Of a DNA stretch of 64,000 nt, positions 53,625 to 64,000 are shown in pieces. Numbering within the stretch: the first letter of the stretch is position 1; each line of letters begins with the position of its first letter. A program made the translations under genes and the position numbers. Under the pieces are notes generated by a model. It was not told the origin of the DNA. It saw nothing but the letters and a program-made list of their open reading frames with translations, and ran no database searches. The stretch comes from Eledone cirrhosa (lineage: Eukaryota): NCBI GenBank assembly GCA_964016885.1, contig OZ024757.1:40920001-40984000 (forward strand), in the 5' to 3' direction.

Positions 53625-53660
<36 letters not shown>

Positions 53661-53939
53661 ATAATAATAAATTTGTTATTTTAATAAATATATTTATATA
53701 TATATAGAGAGAGAGAGAGATAAATATGAATAAGATCTCAACACAAATACATGCTACCTGAGGTTTCAAAGTTCTGCATATGACATTGATAGTCTATATA
53801 ATTTGACTCCGTTCATTACGAACAACATTAATGAAATCCACTCAAACTCTATCCGTAACAAATACAACACGTACAACAATATAAGCAGCCAACAATATAC
53901 AAAACAAAAAGCCCACAATGGTGCTGCCTCTGACAGAAT

Positions 53940-54270
53940 TGTATGGTATGGTCCTGTAACTCCTGATAGAATCGTAGAGACGCTGTATTGACATATGGCG
54001 TTTTGGGGGTATTTTAAACCTGGCAGAGCCCATCCCTCTCCAGGCCTGAGTACAGCAGATTTCTTCCAGAGAAAGACACAAAGTGAGAGAGAGGAAAATG
54101 AGAAAGAGATATAGAGGAAGAATCAACCCCAGTATTGGACTGGTACTTTTTTTTATCGACCTCGAAAGGATGAAAGGCAAAGTTGACCTCGGTGGGATTT
54201 GAACTCAGAGTAGAGAACCGGAACTAATACCATAGTATTCGACGTTCTAAAGACTCTGCTAACTCCCCGC
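53940..54270 (-). mobile_element. Long-tailed SINE subfamily copy
   Basis: Core at 54120-54210 plus a tail homologous to 33950-34130. Confidence 0.8.
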
Positions 54271-54547
54271 TTCTCTGACACAATACGAACCCGCAAACTC
54301 TAAATCCTAATATATTCAATTCCTTTCCCTCCCTCCACTGTTTATGGATCTGTTTATTTGACATGATAAAAACTTCTGATATTGGACATGTCTTTATGGT
54401 ATATGATGTCCTTTGTATCAATAAAAAAGGCGATAGATGCAAAATCGAAAAACCTTCAGTTTGTGTTTATTGCAGAGCAGAATATTGAGAGCAATACACG
54501 TATACGTATATGTACATAGGTGTATGTAGGTGTATATATATATAAAC

Positions 54548-54580
<33 letters not shown>

Positions 54581-54679
54581 TATATGTATATATATATATG
54601 TATATATGTATGTATATATGTATATATATATATGTATATATATGTATATATGTATATATGTATGTATATATGTATGTAG

Positions 54680-54778
<99 letters not shown>

Positions 54779-55002
54779 TACATACATATATACATATATA
54801 TATATATGTTTATAGATATATACACCTACATACATATATACATACATATATACATATATATATATATGTTTATATATATGTATATATGTTTGTGTGTGCG
54901 TGAGTGAGTCAGTGTTTGGCGGTGTGTTTGTGTGTGCTGCCTTGCCCATAAAAAGAGAAAGTATTTTAAAGAAAATCCACTGTTCTTTTGAAAGAGAGAC
55001 AG

Positions 55003-55039
<37 letters not shown>

Positions 55040-55040
55040 T

Positions 55041-55291
55041 GTTTCTTTTATTTGCCACCAGGGCATCAAAAGTGGGACAAGTACAATGGGGGGAGTTTAC
55101 AAAACAAGGCGTCCTCAATAAGGAGGAGGCAATAACAATATATAAAAATAAAATAAAATATAACAAAAATAAAATTTATAACAAAGTCCTCAATAGAGAG
55201 GAGGCGCCTTGGGGGGTCGCACACACCCCCGAAAAAAGTGTGCAACCCTTCTCCTCAGGAGCACAGAGAAGGGGTGCTCCCTTGGTCTTTA

Positions 55292-55292
<1 letters not shown>
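55041..55292 (-). mobile_element. ~250-bp insert within a (GATA)n tract, probable 3' UTR of a microsatellite-targeting non-LTR retrotransposon
   Basis: Same-orientation (GATA)n on both sides. The minus strand ends GGTGGCAAATAAAAGAAAC-ATATCTATC, and the interior is GC-richer and structured. Confidence 0.55.
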
Positions 55293-55364
<72 letters not shown>

Positions 55365-55589
55365 GTAGGAGAGGATTGGTATGAGAGAGAGAGAGAGTGG
55401 TAAGGGTGACAGAAAATTCATTTATTAACGCAACTTATACCTGTTTCCGTATAAATGTTCCCACAATAAGTCAGGTCATATTATACATACCATAAATGTA
55501 TGACAAAAATCTTTATATTAATAAAATAAACAGACAAACGCAGGTATTATAATGTTGTTTGGGAGTTCCCATTGCAGCACCCTTCAAGG

Positions 55590-56150
55590 CTCGATAAAAT
55601 CAAGTACCAGTCATATACTGGGGTTTTTCAGCCTCAGATTGTCCTAGACCAGATTGAGAAAGGAGGATGTTTGGCCGTAGGAGCGGTACTTCTACACAGT
55701 AAAAAGACTCGTTCACATCAAACACCACTTGTGTCTTGTTTTCCTGAGGCTGAAGGAAACAGGTGACTATATGACCAGATGACCAGATGACCGAGTACTG
55801 GGGTTGATTTTATAAACTTTGCCCTTCTCTTAAAATTTCTGACCTTGTACTTAAATTAGGAATCAATTTTATATCAAAGGTATATCTTTCGTTTTCATCC
55901 TTTTGGGGTTAATAAAATATAGTACCAGTGAAATACTGGGGTAGATTCTATCAGCTTTGCTTCTCTCTTCAATTGGCTGACCTTGTGCCTAAATTAAACA
56001 CCAATGTTACATTAAAGAGTATATTTGTTTTACATTCTTCCAGGGTCAATAAAATAAAGTACCAGATATGTACGGGGTAGATTTAATAAATTTTACCCTT
56101 TTTCTTAGATTTCCTGGTTTTGTGTATGTATTGGAAATATATATAAATTC
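55590..56150 (+). mobile_element. Tandem array of degraded SINE 3' bodies
   Basis: Repeated ATAAAAT..AGTACCAG..TACTGGGGT..ATT units; a further unit lies at 56940-57010. Confidence 0.75.
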
Positions 56151-56728
56151 AGTAATCTTAATATTTGAAAACTTTAAATATTTTTGTCACACAAGTATAC
56201 TCCAGTTGACGCTGTCAGTCTCTGTGTGTGTATGTGTGTATGTAGGGGATTGAGTGTGGCAGTGTTGTATGTGGGGTGCTGTCGTTCTCCAATACACTCC
56301 GATATATTGATACCATATTTCCTTATGATACGCGTTTATCAATATCAAAGTACATATAACAAAACTGTAGGCCTTCAGATATTTTTCATTGCAGCAATAA
56401 ATAATCCATGATATGGTTTGTTATTGAGGTCAAAGTAAAAGGTACTCAGCATTATATATCCGTCCAATGATTTATCGTATCCAACAGCGAATGAAGCATA
56501 GCTATAAATACGATCCGAATAACGTTAATATCCTCTTAAAGGCCACCGTTAATATAGGCATTGTACATTGATTCACACACCATTCACTCTAACTAAATCG
56601 CTAACATTGCCAAACAGAGCTACTTTACTTCATCTAAGGGGAAGAAAGGATCTCCACCAGTGTAGACGAGGCTTGTTCCAGTTGTTCGGTGAACCAAAAA
56701 CAAACCCCTCAGAATTATTTTAATAATA

Positions 56729-57350
56729 ATAATTGTTTCTACTTTAGGCACGAGGCCAGCAAATACCCAGTGCATTACTGGTACTTTATTTTATCGACCC
56801 CGTAAAGATAAAAGGCAAAGTTAACCTCGGTGGGATTTGAACTGAGACCATAAAGGGCCGTAACTCTTTGCTGCAAAGCATGGCGTCCTACCCTCTACCG
56901 ATACTACCAATCCACCACCGTTAAAGGTCATCTTTCTATAAAATATAGTACCAGTGAAATACTGAGGTAGATTTTATCAGCTTTGCTCCTCTCTTCAATT
57001 TGCTGACTTTAATAATAATTGTTTCTACTTTTGGCACAAGACCAACAATTACCCAGTACATTACTGGTACTTTATGTTATCGAAGCCGTAAGGATGAAAG
57101 GCAAAGTTAACCTCGGCGGGATTTGAACTCAGATCATAAAGGGACGTAACTGCTATGCTGCAAAGCATGGTATCTGGCGGAGGTGGGGGGAAATTCGATT
57201 AAATCGATCCCGGTGCATTACTGGTACTTTACTTTATCGACCCCGTAAAGATGAAAAGCAACATTAACCTCGGCAGAATTTGGACTCAGACCGTAAAGGA
57301 CTATAACTCTATGCCGCAAAGCATTGTGTCTGATGTGCTACCGATACTCC
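56729..57350 (-). mobile_element. Three SINE copies (56729-56920, 57016-57175, 57180-57350)
   Basis: Match the family consensus. Confidence 0.9.
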
Positions 57351-58382
57351 ACATCGATAAATAAGAATATCTCTACACCCTTCCCGATTGAGCACTCTTT
57401 TCCTTTTACCTTTGTCAGACCTAAGTATATTGTGTGTGTGTGTGTGTCTGGCTGTGTGTGTGTATGTGTATGTGTGTGTAAGTGAATATGTGTGTGTGTG
57501 AGAGTATATTGTGTGTATGAGTATGTGTGACGGTGTGTCTGTGTGTGTGCGCGCGTGTGTGTCTCTCTAAATTTGATTATAAAAACAGGTGAAAGAAATC
57601 GCGAAATATGAGTAGAATGACATAGAATTCGCAGTAGATGTGACAGTCGTAATGGAGGACAGGTGTGTGTGTGAGGAGAACATGAGACAGAGAGAGAGTG
57701 TGTGTGTGTCAGGGAGAGGGGGAGAGAGAGAGGGAGAGTGAGAGAGAGAGTGTGTGTGTGTTTGTGTCAGGGAAAGAGGGAGAGAGAGGGGGAGAGTGAG
57801 AGAGTGTGTTATTGTTTGTGTGTGTGTCAAGGAAAGAGAGACAGGGAGAGAGATGGAGGGAGAGTGAAAGTATATCAGGGAGAGAAACTTGATAAATAGA
57901 GACAAGAGGAAGCACGTTGCAAGAAAGAAGAAAAAAGAATGATATTATATTATGTCATTTTGATATTTTCTGTTTACACGAACACATATTTCCACCGTGC
58001 AACGAATGCAATTATATTTGCAATAATGCAACAATATTTGAGGCAGCATAACATTTCCCTCCTTCAAACACGAGTTATTGTAATATCTTTAGCAACATAG
58101 GAGGGAAAGTCAACAAACAAAATGTTACTAATAAAAATAATAATAATAATACTTAGAATTCGCTGACTGTGGCAACATTAAGGAAAGCAAGCAAGGAATA
58201 TGAAAATACTAACGAAGTTATTGAGTCAGGGTGTGATGGATTTAATGAAAAATAATCGAGTTAGAGTTAACACACACTGACACTGAAACACACACACAGA
58301 CACACACATACATACACACATATACATATACACATACACACAAATATATATTTCCACCTGCGTCCACGGATTGTTGTCTCTC

Positions 58383-58453
58383 AGTTTCAGAAGACCCCAC
58401 TTTCGCCCTAAAGCGGGGTCTTCTGAAATTATTGTTTCCTTAAACTTTTGATC
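58383..58453 (+). mobile_element. Family D-related fragment with fold-back of the hammerhead 5' half
   Basis: AGTTT-CAGAAGA-CCCC..GGGG-TCTTCTGAAA, followed by CTTAAACTTTTGATCT. Confidence 0.6.
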
Positions 58454-58496
58454 TATGCTAATAATACATGTGTGTATGTGTGTATATATATATATC

Positions 58497-58862
58497 CAAT
58501 CACCACCCTCCGAAAAGATATAAATACCACCATATTACTTGGACAGCCAGCTTCCTGATGATTTCTCCCGAGTGAAAGAGTTCTAGACCTGTAGAAGCCT
58601 TTCTATATTAAATATATTTATCCCGGGTTCAATCGGGTGTATCCCCAGTAAGTAAGGTACTCAATACAAAACAGAGTATAAACATTTAATATAGAAAAGC
58701 TTCTACAGGACTAGAACAGTTTCAATTGTTAGCTGATTATACAGAGCGATTGCGGTCCAGCAAATATTAAGTATTAGGATTGGTGCTCTGATAGCGTAAG
58801 GTCTTCAAAATGTTTTTAATTAAACATACGGTATATTGCCAAATATACTATACATTCATATA
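58497..58862. mobile_element. Composite of two tail-to-tail family I pLTR-like segments plus a family H tail
   Basis: Plus: CTGATGA-tttCTCccGAGt-GAAA-gag-TTCTAGACCTGTAGAAGCCTTTCTATATTAAAT (58555-58613). A diverged inverted copy lies at 58684-58770, and the family H terminus at 58791-58862. Confidence 0.65.
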
Positions 58863-58881
58863 TATATATATATGTGTGTAA

Positions 58882-58939
<58 letters not shown>

Positions 58940-58984
58940 ATATATATGTATGTATATATATATATGTATATAAATATATATATG

Positions 58985-59079
<95 letters not shown>

Positions 59080-59200
59080 GTACATATATATATGTACATA
59101 TATATATGTATATATATATATATATATATACACATATATATATACATATATATATATAGATTTTTTTTTTATATATTATATATATATATGTGTGTGTGTA

Positions 59201-59261
<61 letters not shown>

Positions 59262-59974
59262 ATACAACCTAAGCCAAAAAGACGAGGCAAGCCAAACTGG
59301 TCAAACAAAATAATTGAATCTTTGGAAAAGTTGGTATAATCCAGTAAAGGGTTTCTGCGACACCTAAATCAATTACACTGGCAGCTTAAATAATAAGCTT
59401 TTGGTATAATGATCGAACAAGGTTGTCACTTCGTCAACAGGTATTTTGTTCTACGCCAGCGTGCAGTAATATGTAGTAGTAAAGAAAACTACGTGTGTAA
59501 CTCTGCAAGGGAGAAAACCCCAGATTTTGGCAGATGAATTCAGTAAATGTAAAATTAATGCAATAATTGCAAAACCTGCACAAATCGAATTAAGCTCTCG
59601 ACCGGGGTGTTTTTAAAATAAACTTTAGCAATTAATAAGTCAATAGAATTATCTAACAAAATTAACTGGTTAATTGCTAGACCCAGGAGATTAATACAAA
59701 TATAATTTCAGCGAGATCGAATTCCGGCTGCTGTCGAAAACATAGCGAAACGCAATATCCGAGTTATGCTGGCAAGCGCTCCATGGTACAAATAAAGACC
59801 AGAGCAATAAACATAGGTTATAAAGGCCAAACAAACTGTAAATTTCAATATTTTTATTTTTACTACGTTTATTATTTTATTTCATTTCCATGGTGTCACT
59901 TGTTAGCAAATTTATAGAACAGCATTCGTTAACTAAAGTATTAAAGCATTCGTTACCATATGCTCCCTCCTGCT

Positions 59975-60041
<67 letters not shown>

Positions 60042-60358
60042 GCACGCACCACACAGACAGACACACACATACACATCACATACACTAACACAGCCACACT
60101 AACACATACACACAAACACAAACACACTAACACAGACACACTAACACACACTAATACACAGAGACAGCCACACTAACACACACAACACACACAGGCACAC
60201 TAATACAGGCACACTAACACACACATTGGACATAAAACTAATAGCTTTGGAGGTGAAAAACACGTGATTTCTACATATATTCAGGCGTATAAAAGCTGAG
60301 TAATAAACAATAAATGTGAGAAAGAACGAGAGAGACAGACAGAGAAAGAGATAGAGAA

Positions 60359-60435
<77 letters not shown>

Positions 60436-60625
60436 GATAAAAGAGGGGGGAGATGAGGGAGAGGTGAGAGAGAGGTGCGAGAGAGGTGACAGAGAAGTGA
60501 GACAGAGAGAGCGAGAGAGAGAGATGAGAGAGAAAGACGAGAGAGAGTGGTGTGAGAGAAGTGAGAGAGAGAGGGAAACGTGAGACAAGGAAAGGAGGTA
60601 AAAGGAAAAGAGGGACAGCGAGAGC

Positions 60626-60709
<84 letters not shown>

Positions 60710-61217
60710 TGAGATAGGGGGAGAGAGAGAGAGAAAAAGAGAGAAAATAAGGTTAAAATCCAAAATGGCGTTCAGTATGATTTGATTAGATTCAGGATAT
60801 TAAATGTGTTTTGAAGATTTCGGTTTACGTTTTATTTAAAATATTTAACTTGAAAAAATAACTGAAGGGAGGTGGGTGAGAGAAGAAAAGATAGAGTGTG
60901 AGAGAGAGAGAGGGTGTGTGTGGGGGGTGAGAGAGAGAGGGAGAGTGTGTGTGCGTGTGTGTGCGGGGGTGAGAGAGAGAGGGAGAGTGTGTGTGCGTGT
61001 GTGTGTGAGAGAGAGTGTATGTGTGTATGTGTGTGTGTGAGAGAGAGAGAAAACGTGTATGTGTGACGAAACCGTCACGGCAAGCAAACAGCAAAGAAAT
61101 GAAATGCTGTTAATACAAATGTTTAATACGTGTGTGTGTGTGTGAATGTGGAATTATGTGTATGTATATGTGTGTGTGTGTATTTCTATATATACGTATA
61201 TATATAGACACACACAC

Positions 61218-61313
<96 letters not shown>

Positions 61314-61396
61314 GTAAATAACACACATATCTATGTATATGTCTACATATATACATGTATATATATATATATATATATAAAATATATATATATGTG

Positions 61397-61489
<93 letters not shown>

Positions 61490-61913
61490 GCATAACATTT
61501 AGAGATATGGCGGCCTTTGTGTAAAGAGACAAGGTGAGCATGTGAGAGAAAAAGTCGAAAATTTTCTTTTATATAAATCAAATTAATTTTATTATTAAAA
61601 TTATTTCAACGTGTTCGATATTGCATGTAGGAATATATTCCAGGAATATCACAGAACGTTGATATATTATTTTCTGGGGTTTTTTTCATCCTCATCATCA
61701 TCATTATCATCATCATCACCCTCATCATCATCATCGCTATGATCATCAAATATTCATATTTTATACGTTTAACCCTCTCTGTTTTTATTCAATGTCTACT
61801 TCAGAAGTTTTCCTCCATTGCGTAAAGGTTTGGGTTTTCTTCAAACTCTAAGAATAATATTGTATTGATATATATATATGTATATATATATAATCATCAT
61901 TATTATCATATTT

Positions 61914-61995
<82 letters not shown>

Positions 61996-61998
<3 letters not shown>

Positions 61999-62189
61999 GG
62001 AACCAGTAAGACCCCGACAGCTGAGTTCAAGCCGTTTCGACGGCTAATTCTCAGAATTAGCCGTCGAAACGGCTTGAGCTCAGCTGTCGGGGTCTTACTG
62101 GTTCCTATTACCCACTCTACTACCTCAAGTATTGAGTACTTTGGTGCGTTATGGTCCACCTGGTTCCTTACCACATTTCCTTCGTTATA
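61996..62189 (+). mobile_element. Family C palindromic mini-element
   Basis: Near-perfect palindrome 61996-62108 centred on GAC-GGCTAATTC tca GAATTAGCC-GTC, then the tail to CCTTCGTTA-(TA)n. Confidence 0.88.
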
Positions 62190-62328
62190 TATATATATAT
62201 ATATGTATTTAAATATATATATATACATACATAATATATGTACACATATATTATGTATGTATATATATATATATTTATATATATATGTACATATATTATG
62301 TATGTATATAGATATATATATTATATAG

Positions 62329-62388
<60 letters not shown>

Positions 62389-62425
62389 TATATTATATTA
62401 TGTATGTATATAGATAGATATATTA

Positions 62426-62700
<275 letters not shown>

Positions 62701-62715
62701 TATATATATATATAT

Positions 62716-62910
62716 ATAGGGAAAGAGTCAGGACCCCGACGACTGAGCTCTGGCCGTTTCGACAGCTAGTTCTTATCTAGCTGTCGAAACGTCCGGAGCT
62801 CAGCTGTCGGGGTCCTGACTCGTTCCCTATTACCCACTCTACAACCCATATTATCGATTACTCTAGTCCGTTATGGTGCACCTGGTTCCTTACCACACTT
62901 TCTTCGTTAT
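62716..62910 (+). mobile_element. Family C palindromic mini-element, divergent subfamily
   Basis: Palindrome 62716-62830 centred on GACAGCTAG ttcttat CTAGCTGTC, with the family C tail. Confidence 0.85.
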
Positions 62911-62914
62911 ATAC

Positions 62915-62956
<42 letters not shown>

Positions 62957-63578
62957 GTATGTGTGTGTGTACATATATTCAGAGGGAGCGGTGAGATAAA
63001 AGAAAAGAGAAAGTGGTATATTGATATACCTATATGTACCTGTGTACAGATATTTAGATGGAAATGGTAGATGATCCGATAGAAAGATAGATTTACAGTT
63101 ACATAGCTAGTTACACGATTACAACATAGCTGCAGTTTCGTTTTTCGTTTTTCGTTTCGTTTTCATGTTTTTGCAAATCGAAAACCAAACTAAAATATAA
63201 TATCAATTTTCACATACGTGAAGTCGAAATATTAAAGAAATATTCTGTTCCATTTCTGGAGTTAAATATTCAGCAATGATCGAATAAATAGAAAATGGTT
63301 TGCTCCTTTTCTCGTTTGCTTCCACGCTACTTGTGTTTAGCTTTCGACAGGAAAACAAACAAAAATGAAATTTGAAGATTATTTATTGATCTCAAACGCA
63401 GCTGCAGGCTTGAAGCAGACGATATTCTAATATTCTAAGATGGTGGAATGCATGTGTAATATATGTGAAAATATAACAGGAAATACTTTAGACGGCGCTA
63501 TTAAAATATTGCGTTTGTGCACCATCTTTTTACTAAGTAGCAACACACATATGTATACATACATACGTATATATATAT

Positions 63579-63687
<109 letters not shown>

Positions 63688-63834
63688 TATATATAAATCG
63701 AAACCTATGTACTAACACACATACAGACATATATGTTATACAAATATCTATCTATCTCTCTCTATATATATATATTCTGTGTCTGTGTGTGTCTGTGTGT
63801 GTCTGTATGTGTATGTGTATGTGTGTGTGTGTGT

Positions 63835-63964
<130 letters not shown>

Positions 63965-64000
63965 GTTTATAAGTGTGTGTACTGTAGTCAAAATATTTAT

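Larger units (their letters stand above)
53068..53625. mobile_element. Family A copy A3: ~245-bp-arm near-perfect palindrome with two opposite hammerheads
   Basis: Arms 53129-53373 / 53384-53624 with a 10-nt loop and a 60-bp unpaired terminus at 53068-53128; TA flanks. Confidence 0.9.

Noticed and set aside
63128-63405. Possible MITE with AGCTGC(A)GTTT / AAACGCAGCT ends
   Set aside because: The inverted match is only ~10 bp, with no TSD or second copy in the window.

Overview
AT-rich, extremely microsatellite-dense animal DNA, most likely intergenic or intronic sequence from an Octopus-type cephalopod genome. This is inferred from the (TA)n/(CA)n/(GA)n load and the tRNA-SINE families. I can support no protein-coding gene. 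The supplied ORFs are almost all translations of simple repeats, and the only real coding remnants are two 3' fragments of an RTE-clade LINE. The window holds about 30 copies of a tRNA-derived SINE with a Deu/Nin-like core, several minisatellites and a mariner-type MITE. The main signal is a set of at least 7-8 different families of short (100-550 bp) non-coding, usually palindromic elements that sit inside (TA)n tracts. Most carry a minimal type I hammerhead-ribozyme motif (stem I-CUGANGA-stem II-GAAA-short, often palindromic stem III-UH-stem I'), frequently followed by AATAAA. This is the architecture of Penelope-like element (PLE) pseudo-LTRs or retrozyme-like non-autonomous elements. Several fold-backs or truncations map onto ribozyme stem II. 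One family has a fixed CAGAAGA core variant, one carries YY1/NRF1/ETS-like promoter motifs, and one replaces the ribozyme with two convergent tRNA-like Pol III units. All structure calls were made by eye; no searches or folding programs were run, and boundaries are approximate to a few bases.
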